A stretch of DNA of 62,371 nt, filler included, from Kipferlia bialata (lineage: Eukaryota): the NCBI GenBank assembly GCA_003568945.1. It is 3 parts of 3 records of this genome, joined end to end, with 100 filler letters (N's around TTAATTAATTAA, not from the genome) between each part and the next. Parts side by side here need not be neighbours in the genome. Positions count along the whole stretch, not along the records: positions 20,848 to 41,573 come from BDIP01000357.1; 2 more parts are not named here. One strand, given 5' to 3'. The position numbers and the translations under genes are program-made. Shown here piece after piece: positions 26,101-38,601 of the stretch. The notes beneath the pieces are model-generated. The model searched no databases. It was not told where the DNA came from and saw only the letters and a program-made list of their open reading frames with translations. The stretch's first letter is position 1, and each line of letters opens with the position of its first letter.

Positions 26101-28046
26101 AACAGGTGTGAGGATATAGGTGTCAGGAATCACAGAGTTATGATTTCAATGTATTCTATCCCGCCCATTGGGTATGTATTAGTGCATGTGCTTGGAGTAC
26201 TACGTCTCTAACCCCCCAGGCCGTGCTTCCTACTCCTAGCCACCCCGCAGGGAGAGAGAGAGAGGGAGAAGGAGAGAGAGAGAGAGAGAGCCAAGGGCCG
26301 CACCCCACTCGACACCTCTGTCTCAGTGTCCTCTAGAAGGGGTGACAGACAGCTCATCAATACCATGTACACAGAGACAGCAAGGTCAGTGCATCTCTCT
26401 CTCACACACACACACACACATACACTCTCTCTCTCTCTTGTGCTTTCTCACTCTCCAGACAGGCCTCCCAGGAGCGTCTCTACCTAGCCAGAAAGAGGTG
26501 TTCTCGCATCCCCTACCCCTTACACCGCGTGTTCCTAGCACCCCCGGCCCTGGCCCCTATATGTGCCGCACAGGCACACATGTCGAACTTCCTCGCACCA
26601 GGTACCTGTTACTCCCTCTCTGTGCCCTATCTCTGTCCCTGCTAGATACCCACCCCAGGTGACCTCTCCACCGGTGCCTCCTTCTTTGGGGATGAGACCC
26701 TGTGCACTGCATTCAGACCGGTGGTGGAGGCAGTACCCAGGTATACCCGTCGTGTCCCTCTTTGTACTAAACTGATGTATATGTGTTTCTTCACACTCAC
26801 CCCCAGCCTCCCTGTCAAGACTCTGCTGACTGTGGCCGAGAGGACTAATGTGTTTGGATTCACCCTGCACATCAGTACCAGGAGACTGCCACCCAGGTAT
26901 ATATATAGGGTTACCAACCACATCCCTACAGTACTGTGGAATATCCCTATCCTCCACATTCATTGTGTCATTAACCACCAGGGCAAGGCTCTGGGCTGAG
27001 GTGGCTCTGGCGTGTATTGGGCAGGTAAGCTCAATGCAATTATAATGCATGCCAATACAAATACAAATCACCACTGATTGTTCCTCGCTCTCTCTCTCTC
27101 TCCACCCTCTCTCTCTTTGCATGTGTGTGTTAATACCCTGACCCCCCAGTGTGCCGTGTGCCACCGCCCCAGTGTGGACAGGAGACAGGTGGTGAGACTG
27201 ACACCAGACAGAGTGAGGGCAGAGGTGCTGGCACTCGACTCATTCAGGTATCACGGTCACAGGATGTGAATGTATCACTCTCTGATTGGAGGGAGTTTGT
27301 GTTACTATCGATACCCACCTTCCCCTTACCCCAGAACAGGTCGGGCCAAGGGTCTGACTGATGTACTTGTACTGGAGGCCAGGTAGGATATTATATCATA
27401 GTGTGTTAATCCTTGGGTTAGGAGGTGTCATATTGTTGTGGAACAGTCTTCGGCACAGTGCCTTGCTATGATATTACAAGCCCATCCCCCCTCACCCCTA
27501 GGTCTAGGTCTGTCAATGGCCTTGCTAGGTTCTGGGCTGTCCTACCATCACTGGTCCTGGGGACACAGCCAGACAGAAGGGTGGGGGCAGATGTTCATAA
27601 CATAAGTGTACAGTCAGTACTGGTATACCTATGGTTTCTTCCTGTGTCTGACCTCAGGTCGTGTCCTCCCTCATTGGATCCAGACTGCACTCCCTCTCCC
27701 TCTCCCTCTCCCCTGCCTGTGTCGCTGAGGCTGCCACCATTGCAATGGCAAGGTGCGACTATCGGGAATATATGTTATATATAGTAGTAATATAATATGT
27801 TATATGTACAGATAGTCATATATCACTATAGCAATCGCTAGGTGCGAGTCATGGGTATCTATGCTATACCTACCGATAGTCATATATTACTTGGCTCTGA
27901 CAGTAGGTCCAACGCTGACAGAGAGCGGGAAAGAGAGAGAGAGAGACTTGGAGCATTGGGTCGTGTTGGTTCCCTCGACACCACCACTGGAGTGTTTGGT
28001 GCCTCCACCGCTAGATCAGCCTTTGGGTCACGCTTCAGAAGGTGGG

Positions 28047-28082
<36 letters not shown>

Positions 28083-31000
28083 CTATTCCTAGCTGTGTGC
28101 CTAATAGTCAGGTCCAGCCTATCTGGTAGCTTCACCGGTAGCTATGGAGGGAGGGAGAGAGACAGAGGTGGCAAGGTGTACCCACCTGTACGGGTGCCTG
28201 AGTCAGACGTGGCCAGAAGGTACACTCTTCCACACCCATGTCCAGTCTATACTACTTGGTAGCCTGCTGTGTCCTAACCGCTTAGGTTTGTGCTGTCTGC
28301 TGCCCTCACTGCCCTTGAGAGCACAGGCCCCATCACAAGTGCCATGGCTAGAGCACTCGACGCAGGATCAGGTATGGAAGTGCCCCATCAGTACATCAAG
28401 TGTTTACAAGTAACTGTTCTTCTGACCCTTAGGAGAGGACCTTGTCCAGCACATATCTGACTCCCTGACCGACCTGTTCTGTGACCCCAGTGCCATCATA
28501 GGTGGGGGGCATATATATATATATGTATATGCAGATAGATAATATACAGACACTCTGCGAATCTCTGTCACTGTATATTTGAACGGTTATGTAGTGACCA
28601 TCCTCCTCTTACTCCAGCCCACCTCGTTGTGCCTGCCTCCCGAGTTGCACCTGCCCAGGCAGCAGGGGAGAGAGACAGGGAGAGAGAGAGGGGCCGGGGT
28701 GTTGGCACAGTCAGAAGTGGGGTGCAGAGGAGCGCAACGCTGCTACCTCAGGTGTGTTTCTGTATTTATCCATATGTAATCAGTCATCATGTTGCTGTGT
28801 GCTCACTCTTCAGCTTGTGCGTCATCTACACGGAGTGTGCACGGGAGTGTGGGGAGGAGAGAGAGACCTCTCCAGACAGGACACAGAGAGAGAGCAGGAG
28901 GAGATGTCAATGTCGGGTGGGTATTTCTGTCTCTCTGTATCACTTTTGTCTTGTTTCTACCGCACCAATATATACATGTATTCTTGCTCATTGTAGGATC
29001 TGTGCATGAGAGAGAATCCATCAGACGCAGAGGAGAGAGGGAGAGAGAAAAAGAGAGAGGTCGTGGCGACATGGCGCAGATGAGGCGGACAGCCGTGTCG
29101 CTGTTCCAGCCAGGTACATAGGCACACTACTGTATCTTAGATTCACGTGGCAAAGTATGAATCTTCAAGTTCAGTCTCACCCTAGGCTTCTCCACCAAGG
29201 GCCCCCCCTCCAACCTGCTCCCCTCCTCTCCTACTGTCTCTAGGGCCATGGGTACTATGGGCAGTGTGAGACAGGGGATGACGGCATCAGGTGGGGGGTT
29301 CAGTGAAATTTGATGTAACTACTCGATAACACTGACTGACCATAGGAGCCGGTCGTAAGATCTCCCTTGCCTCCCCCCTGGGTGTCAGCAGACTAGGCCA
29401 GTCCGGGGTCAGGGATGACACTGCTAGGGATGACGGTGATGCAAGTGCAGAGGGTAAGAGGGCGCCCCCTGAGGATACCCCCACCACCCCCACCCCTGGT
29501 CCGATCCATGCTGTGCTGGTGCCCTTCAGAGACACGGTCTGCACAGGCAGCACTATCCAGTTCAGCCTTGACCTGCTGCCACATGTGGCCACAAATGGTA
29601 CGGTCACACACCATAATCAGAGTGTAAGCCGAGATGTAGGGGTTGATTCCTTGTACTCCTGGTTTGTCTCGTACTTACTATCAGGTCGTGTTCTGCTGCG
29701 TGCCTGTGAGCTGGTCTCCATGAGGGGAGGACCAGTGCACTCAGGAGTGCTGTCCAACACGGGCATCACAGGGGTCCAGATGAAGGTGAGGGGGATTTAT
29801 GATTGTGTGTTCTTACGAATCACCCTCTTGTCTCTCACTGCCAGGTCCTTCCTGAGACAAGACAGGTCACTCTCTCCCTGTCTGGTTGTGACAAGCCAGC
29901 TGCAGCAGTGGCAGCTCTAAGGTATTACGTAGTACACATTTTACTCCCTCTAAGCTGCATACCCCATGTGGCTATATATGTCCATGTCTCTGTATGACCT
30001 CACCCCTAGGCAGTGGTGGGAGGCCGAGACCCAGCAGCTGGTCGAGACTGAGCTACAGGACATGGACAGATACAAGCCATTCCTCGATGGAGTCAGGCGC
30101 ATCATATGGACTAGGTACGCGATAAGCTTATCTAGGTCACTTGTCTATATATGTGTATACCTCTCTCACACTCAGGAAGGCCGTAGTTGCCTCTGACCCC
30201 CACTCTGCGGCAGGTTCCTTCCTCTCCGATGCCTTACAGAGCGATGCCTGTGGGGAGGACCCCCTCTCTATTGAGAGTGTACACAGTACACCACTGTCGC
30301 TGTCTAGCCCAGGGGCGGCATCGAGGTACTATATATCTAAATTCATGCCTATCAACTTACACATGAGTACTATGCTCTTGTCCCTTGGATACACTCACAT
30401 TTAGACCTGTCCGTCTAGTAGGCACTGAGCGTGTGGTACTAGCCATGCTGGCACTCCTGGGTCAGTTCCTAGGCAGTGACGCAGATGGAGAGGTATGGTT
30501 CTTATTCACCTTCTACACACTGTACTGTGTCCATATGGTATATATAGTATCTCTCTCTCACCCGCCAGGCCATTGAGGCCGAGTACAGCGCCCAGTCCTT
30601 CTCGTCCCTGTCAGACATAGACGAGAGGGTCCCCCCCAACCCGGGTCTGTCCACCCTGGCCAGACTACTCGCTTTGACCCCGAGGGCTAGGTACGCGTAG
30701 TTAGTTTGTAATCCCTACACGGTGTCTGTTACTCATCCTAGGGAGTACCTCCTTCTCGCCCGTGCCGACCCCTCCGTCGTAGTTGTTGGGGCACGTCTCT
30801 CCTCTCTGACGTCCTCTCTCCCCCTGTCCCTCTCCCCTCCCTTCCTATGTGCCCCCCCTACAGACTCTACCTTCCTAGGGGTGGGGGGCGTCGGGGGGGC
30901 AGACTCCATGCAGGTACAGCCACATTGCTACGTATTCGTGAGGAAGATAGTCTCCTATTTCTACACGATTGTCTCCTCCCACCCCCAGGTCCAGCTGAGG

Positions 31001-32497
31001 TGGGCCAAGGAGGCTGAACTGAGACACATGCTGTGTACAGTCAACCAGAGCAACACGGCCCTGACACAGAGGGTGTCCAGACAGATACAGCGCAACGTAC
31101 TCACACAGGTATAGACACCCTCTCACATCTATTGATTCTCAATCTCTCACTCCTAGCGCCCCACCCGCTCTGCCCTCCGTGCCTCCCTAGCGCAGATGAG
31201 GATGAGGATAGCAGTCACAGACAGCCAGCTCGAGAATGCATACAGATGTGAGTGGTACTGGTATTCCAGTTTCACATGTTGTACAAGAACCTCTTCTGAC
31301 TATCCAGCTCTCCTGCGATCTGAGCGTTCTGTCACTAGACGTACCCGTGTACTGACCACTGCACTAAGAGGTCTATCGGTGCCACAGTACAAGTACGTTG
31401 TAGTGTTACTCTTCCGTACTATATTTTGAGCACTTGTACTCTCATATCTGTAATCATTCTCCCTCAACCCAGGGTCCCTTACTCTGCCTATGCCGCTGCC
31501 TTCCTAGAGAGACTCAAGGCGACAGAGGCGGCATGCTCTATTCTGCTAGACAGACATCTCACTGGGGTCAGGCATAGGGTGGGGGAGATGAGTGCAGACA
31601 ACGAGGAGAGGTGAGTGTGTAGTATTTGTATTACGCGGTCTGTATATCTATTCTTTTCATTCTCTCACCCCAGAGCTGTCACTCTCCGTGACTACCCAGT
31701 GCCTGCCTCCCTGACCACAAGGCCGAAGCAATCAGAGGTATATATCTATATATACATAGTATTTCTCAACAGTTCTCGTTGTGGTCTCACATGTCTTATG
31801 CAATTGATTACCCCCAGGTTCGCCTGTTGGATGACGAGCACATAGCCGTGTACCTCCTTAGTAGGGTGGTACATGCCATGGGGATACTTGTGCAGGGACA
31901 CTCCCCTATACAGCAGGTAGGGGACAACAACGCATGTTTCAGGGAACCTCACGTCACCATATAAATGTATGTGTGTGTACATCATCTACCCCTCCTGTAC
32001 CCCAACCTCCAGGCTGGCATCATGTCGTCTGTCTCCAGGGTCCATGACGTCAGCCCCGTGTGTGCCCCTGTCCTACCCGAGAGTGAGAGGGAGAGGGGGG
32101 CAGAGTGGGGAGGGGAGGGTGTGGAGCGGGTGGGGCCTGTGGTGTGGGGTGGTACGGCCAAGGCAGGACCCAGGGTCTCCCTTCCTATCCTAGAGGTCCC
32201 AGAGGGTGGCGCTATTGATGTCAGGTACGGTGGAGTATAGTAGTAATGCCCCTCTTCAGTTGTCTACATCCTTACCCCAGACATGCCCTGTGTACCGCCC
32301 TGCAGAGCATGGGGGTCCCCCTGGACGACCCCCTCGAGAGGATACTCACGCTGCGCAGTGCTGATCTTCCCACACACTCAGGCAGAGAGGGAGAGGAAGA
32401 GGATGAGGGAGAGGAGGGAGAGAGTGTCTGGTCCAAGGCTGAGGCAGCGCTGATTGACATATCTACGGCATTTAACACACTTAGTACACAGTTTTAG
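22858..32497 (+). CDS. Peptidase M16C-family homolog (yeast YOL098C-like) with degenerate HxxEH motif and long C-terminal extension
   Basis: Spliced sequence reads TPCQDDSGLSYIVQHLITMEG...DHTTYSLTA...FLRHILHPEIQANAFLLEVYHITASGNEGGTVF...LLYPG...REYHRVHYRPSKCLLYVT. This follows the M16C pattern DDSGxPHxLEH...DHTAY...HILxP...EVYHI...GVVY...YRP. Roughly 50 small exons lead to a stop at 32497; single-gene continuity is inferred. Confidence 0.7.
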
Positions 32498-32785
32498 ATA
32501 TAAGTGAACACACTAGATTTGTCACTCATGTTTCTTCAAGAGGAGTGTTTCGTTCCAGCTTGCGTTCCAGCAAACCACTTTGCAAGGGTGTATCATACAT
32601 TCGAGTACATGAGGTCTTGTGGGTACTCTGTTCGGCACACAGTAGATTGATACCCTCCCGAATCAACAGCCAGTGGAGGCTACCGTTGATGGCCTCCAAC
32701 TATACTGTCCACAGTGATAAAGGTTGGTACTACCATCTGGTAGGCTCTATTCAGTCGAGTTCACATTCCAAATCGATACTTTGAT

Positions 32786-33896
32786 ATGCAGAATGTATGC
32801 CATGTCCTGGCTGAGTGTCCCCAACCTATTGATGATATCGATGGCCTTATCTCAGTGGGAAACAACGCAGCTCTAGCCTGGACCTCCGGTCGTACAGTTA
32901 ACAGGTCACTATATGGCTTAAAGTCAGCTCTAGACTCTGTTTAGATCTCCATATTTCCCATACTATACTATGCTACATGTCAGACAAGGAAAACACTGTC
33001 ACTGACCCAGGGTGGACCAAGTCACCCTGCAACCCGACGGGTCTGTTGTCTCCGTGACCCTTCCAACCCCTGACTGGACTGGGGCCTACCTTCAGCTTGT
33101 ACCATCAGACTGGGGTGTTGTGTATGCACTTGTGTCCAGAGCCACAACAGATGGTCCAAGTGGCTACCACATCACATCTCTAGATGTGTGGGTGTTACAC
33201 CTGGATACCTTGGAGTGGCGATGTATACAGCACGATGCCAAAGATGCCTGGCCGTCCCCAAGACAGGACTGTCTGAGTCAGTGTGTATCAGGGGGTCTCT
33301 TGGTAGCTGGGGGTGTTCAGAGATGCAGTACGGGACCATTCACATGTCCTAGGACCGGTGAGATCAGAATGAGGACAACGCGGACATATGCCCAAGATGT
33401 ATGGCTACTTGATGCAGAGACGGAAACATGGGAACCTTTACCCACCAATATCGGTGACACGGATCCACCAGAGATGCAGACTCCTTGGTGTCATCTGGGT
33501 AGTGGTTGCTCTGTGGTGTTTTGTGACACTATATACCAGTTCATAGGAAGGCGTACCATATCGGTGACCAAGGCACACGGCCTAGACATCCATGTAGGCA
33601 TTCATACCTCAGCAGTCTCAACCCTTAGAATTGGTAACTTGACTTGTGGATTCGATGTCTCGCCAAACGGTATGACGATCTCTCTATACGATCCGATATC
33701 GGAGAGGTCTCTCCCTCCCATTGTCTACTTGGAGTATGCAAGCCTTGCAATGCTTGCAAGAGGTGGCAGCACCTGTGTATGGGAGAGTTGCATGCTTAAC
33801 CCATCAACGATGCTACAATCCCTTCTGTGTGACGACGACGAGTTCCTATATGTCACTGTAGATGTGGACCTTGTGTGGCTCCCAGACTTCATCTAG
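32786..33896 (+). CDS. Kelch-like beta-propeller protein
   Basis: Exon 32786-32904 joins in frame (AG|G) to exon 33011-33896. Motifs: VWVLHLDTLEW, WPSPR, LLVAGG, DVWLLDAETETW. Confidence 0.65.
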
Positions 33897-34080
33897 TCAG
33901 TGACAACATGTCACATTGTGACTAAGTCCTATAATAGCCTGTGAGAACTCGTTAGAGTAATAATTCTCCATTTTCAGCCGTCCCTTTTGGTGAATACACC
34001 AATATACATACTAAGAGAGTATATAACCATTCTAGGAAGAATTGACAATCCATTCGGACATCAATGTGAGCAAGGCCATC

Positions 34081-36319
34081 TCATACTCTCTGGGCCACAG
34101 TCTCCTCTGCCACCAGTGCCTCCCACTCTGCCTTGCCCTCCTTGGCCCACCAGGCATCCCAGGGAGGCATCTGGTCTGGGTTAGGGTCTAACTTAGAGTG
34201 TGACAGAGATACAGCCTAGAGTACGACACACAGACAGGGAATGCGGTACAAGTACATATTGGGCAATGATGCTTCTCATTTTCAGCAAAGATTCAACGTA
34301 AGAGAGAATGGCAAACCTGCGTCCAACATGCGCCTGGGATGGTTGATCGTATCCTTGTAAGTACTGGGTCAGGGATTGGTGGGGTGTAACGATACTATTT
34401 GGTAACAGAGAGATCCATATCACTGGATACAAGAGCAGTTCGAAGAGCACATAGAATATAGGTGTGATAGACACAGTTACCCACCTGATCATGGGATAGC
34501 CGGGCACTATCCCCTCTAGGAACCTGATAAGACGGTGGCAGTACTCGCGGTACTCTCTCAGTCTGCGGCACATGGCCAGGCTCTGCGGAGTCAGGGGGTG
34601 CACATGCACATATACACATATACATCGTGACATGTGGAATAGTCTCAAGTTGGGGGTCCGGTTACCATTCGCTATGTAGAGAGAACAAAGACACAAAGAG
34701 AGTAGTCAGCACCACACATGAGTGACATCAAACAGTAATTAGGTGGACACCAATGGTAACACCATAGAGGCCCCTACCTCGAGTATTCTCTTGTGGTCAT
34801 CTTCCACTATATAGTGCTCTGTGGCATAGAGAGCCTCTGCATGTGTGATGGACTGGCGTCAAAGGAAAGGGTACATCATTGTATCAGAGTGGACTCATTA
34901 TGCAACAGACCCATGGGGTGACTTGAATACACACATGGCAGGGAGGATTTGCAGTCTCACCTTCTTGCACACCCTGATGATATCGGTGTACTCCCGCCTC
35001 TCTGTAAGGCGCCCCATCTCTTGCTTGTACTCCTGCTCATCAGAATATTCCCATGTGAATCATCTATGAAAGAACCATCTGTATATGTATCAGGCTACAA
35101 ATATGTGGGTTGCGGAATATATGCATCAACGACTGTCTGATTTGTAAGACAGCAGAGGTTTATCATACGGGTAGAGACACTGTGTGCACTGCTTGCCTCA
35201 CCTGGTATGTGACTGATGCTGCATCGTGTGCCATCTGACCCCACTGGACATGAGGGAGTATACAGAGACAAGTACATAGCGTGAAAGACATGCTGAGCAA
35301 GTCAGGGGTGACACCTATTCATTGCATATGCGACATGGGTATATATATATGTGTGTATGTGTATATGTATGGACCTTGTCCAGCCTGCACAGGGGACATT
35401 GGCACTGGAAGCCATAGCGACTCAGCTTCTCCTAGGAGTGAGAATACAGTCAATCGCAGTACACACGGCATCTAGCATGATGAATAGTACCCATTGTGAC
35501 CCCCTAAGCTGGTCACTTACAGAGGTCTGAAAACACCCTCCCTACTAGGCCGAGTATGCACATGTGATACCTGCCTCTCCGCTCTGTTTGCCTGAATTCC
35601 GCAGTATGACACAAACAGCTGCTCTCCTACTGATATGTCCTGGGAGGCGTGGAAGTACTGTTTATGTCAGTACCAAATGAGAGACAGTTCCAGTCACAGC
35701 GATACTCTGTAACAAACGAGTGGGAGAGGGAGAATACTGCCATACCATAACCCCCTCAGTCGAGTTCCAGTACCGAGTGACATTGGGCATACAGCTAGAG
35801 TGGGAGACAAATAGTGAGACAGAGAGAACAGACAGATATACTACTTGGGGAACACATTGAAAACAGCTTCTGAGGAGTCTGCATAACCTCAACTATTCTG
35901 TTGGAGAGAGAGAGAGAGAGAGTACGTATGTTTGAACCTGACATATATATGGAAAGAACACATATATATATCTAAGTACATATATATAGAGAGACAGGGG
36001 GTAAGGGAGACAGAAAGAGTACCTGTGGTTGAACCTGGATGCGATGAGGCACACACACCCTCCGTCTGGCCTGTCACTGTGCTCTTCACAGGCAAAGGAC
36101 TGGTCGTATCAGCGGGTAGAGAGATACTTTGTGGTTCGGATCAGTAGGTAGAGAGACACACAGTATTGGGACACGAAAAAGTACAGGAGTAAAGAGAAGT
36201 ATTCCAAACAGAGAGAGAGAGTGGGTGTGTGTGAACTCACATTGCCAGACAGCATTCCCCCCAGGGTCTTCCTCTCCCCTGGCTTCCGGTCCCTGTCGTG
36301 CAGGGTCTGGAACTGTTGA
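34081..36319 (-). CDS. Multi-exon hypothetical protein (5' end probably missing)
   Basis: Chain of short exons with canonical signals, e.g. SLAMCRRLREYREYCHRLIRFLEGIVPGYPMIR. The last exon QMPPWDAWWAKEGKAEWEALVAEETVAQRV* ends at 34081. Confidence 0.5.
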
Positions 36320-36500
36320 CTGGGGTGGGAGATGGGGGATTGAGGGGGGGAGCAATGAGGGGAATGAAATGATGACTGGGAGAGACTTGGTGGGAGGGGG
36401 GGGGGGGGGGGGGGGAGAGTGGGCCCGGCCCGGGGGGCCCCCCCCCCACCCCCCCCCCCCCCCCCCCCCCTTCCTCTCTCTCTCCCTCTCTCACTCCCAG

Positions 36501-37632
36501 GGTGTACTCCTCCCCCCCTCTCATTGCCGAGTACCACCGCATCAACTCTCTCAGGGCCGGGGGCATGGGCTGTGCCACCTTTGCAGCTGTCCTGGGCTAC
36601 ATGATCGCATGCACAGGGGCAGTCTGGATCGTACGTGCATACCTCTCTCTCTCTCTCTCTCTCTTAGTTTATCTCTATTCTATGCCTCACCCCCAGTGGT
36701 GGACCTACTACTTCTACTCCATGATGCTGTGCCTCCTGGCCATGATCCTGGGTGCCTTCCTCGCACACTACGGCACAACAAGGCTCAGACTCAGGTGGGG
36801 TACCTACATATAGTCACAGTTTCCTTGATATGGGGCACTTCCTCCTAATTCTCACTCTCTATGTCTCTGACCCCAGCCGCTCTGTGGCCACTCTTGAGAA
36901 CCCCATCTCCTTCTTCACCCCTCTGGATGAGGCCGCCATGGCAATCACAGCCAACTACCAGAGGGGGGGGAAGGTGCGGCACACACTGTATATAGTATAT
37001 GTGATGTATATCACTTATCTCCTCTTCTCACCCCCCAGCCCCTTGCCTTCGTGATTGGAGGCACCCGTAACAGACTGGTGGGAAGCCCAGGTGGGTACAA
37101 CACCTATATACATATATAGTAATGAGTTCCCTTGCAGCAGTGTTGTCTGCTGTTTCTCTACTTCTAACCCCTAGGCTTCATCTGCTGGCTGGAGATCATC
37201 AGGACACCCAGCATGCAGCCCCCTATGCAGCCACAGGGTACGTCTCTCTCTCTCTCTCTCTCTCTGCTTGATACAACCTTCCCTCATCCTACCTGACAAT
37301 AGCCATGCCCCAGCAGCAGCAGTACGCCCCCCAGCCCGTCCCCTCCCAGTACGGAGCACAGCCCATGGGGCAGTACCAGGTATGTATGCATATATATAGA
37401 TATATCTTAGTCTCGTCTTGTGTCTCTCCCATTGGTGTACCGCATGAGATGGATATCTATATACCGGTACTCGTCCCTCCTCGTCCACACACTCACCCTA
37501 GGCCCAGCCCCCTGTGCAGCAGTACCAGGTGCCATGTATATATATACCATATATGTGTGTCTGTATATATAGCATACAGTAGCCTCTCTTCTCTCCAGGC
37601 CCCAACAGTTCCAGGTGCCGTATCCTTCTCTG

Positions 37633-37676
<44 letters not shown>

Positions 37677-38207
37677 CTTACCATAGCCACAGCAGCAGTA
37701 CCAGCCCCAGCCCCAGCAGCAGCAGCAGCAGTACCAGGTATGTGTATATATATATATACTCTATGTAATTACTGCAGGCCTAACCCTCTGTCCCTGTTGT
37801 GCGTAAGTCTCACCCGCTAGGCCCAGCCTCAGCCCCAGTATGGAGTGGCTGCACCTGCCCAGCTCAGCAGCCAGGTAGTGTATATAGCATATGAGTATGT
37901 GTACTCTACATAATGTATCTACAGTGTACTCTTATGATGATTCCGAATACTCACTATATATTCACTATACTCTCCCTTACCCCTAGGCACCCACCGGCAA
38001 TGGATACGGCCCTACACCCGCTGGACCCCAGACACCCTCGGTATGTGACCCTGATACTCAGTTACTATAGTATAGCACTATAGTCCTCACTCTTTTCTTC
38101 TTCCTATTTTTACCTTCTACGAAGTATATAGGGTATTGTTTTGACACATGATGCATGTTTGCTACACATTCTCTGACCATTAGGACTACAACCCATACGT
38201 CCAGTAA
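36501..38207 (+). CDS. Two-TM membrane protein with Gln/Pro/Tyr-rich tail (5' end missing)
   Basis: Exons encode GCATFAAVLGYMIACTGAVWI / WWTYYFYSMMLCLLAMILGAFLAHYG. Many short exons then give PQQQQYAPQP..., ending DYNPYVQ-TAA at 38207. Confidence 0.6.
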
Positions 38208-38225
38208 ACCGGTGGACAGATGACC

Positions 38226-38228
<3 letters not shown>

Positions 38229-38271
<43 letters not shown>
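38229..38271. repeat. (GA)n microsatellite
   Basis: Pure GA run just after the stop codon of the upstream gene. Confidence 0.9.
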
Positions 38272-38274
<3 letters not shown>

Positions 38275-38601
38275 GCCGGCTAGTATTCCATACGGATTGT
38301 GTGGTCAAGATTGCTAGTGATGAGTAAACATGTGATAATATGGAGGAATGTCATCGTCGTAGATATACCGACAATCAGATGATGAGGCAGGACGCCAGTG
38401 CAAGAAGAATCCAAATACCAAAACGCCCAACGGCTTGCCCCTCAATATATATATATGCTTAGTTCTCAGAGGCTCTGAGCGGGCGATGCATATCTTCAGA
38501 ACTAAATGTCACAGTAAGTGGGTTCCTGACACTATATTATATGGAGACAAATAACGTAGATCTATTGAAATGACACCTTAGAGCAATGAACACTCTAGGG
38601 T

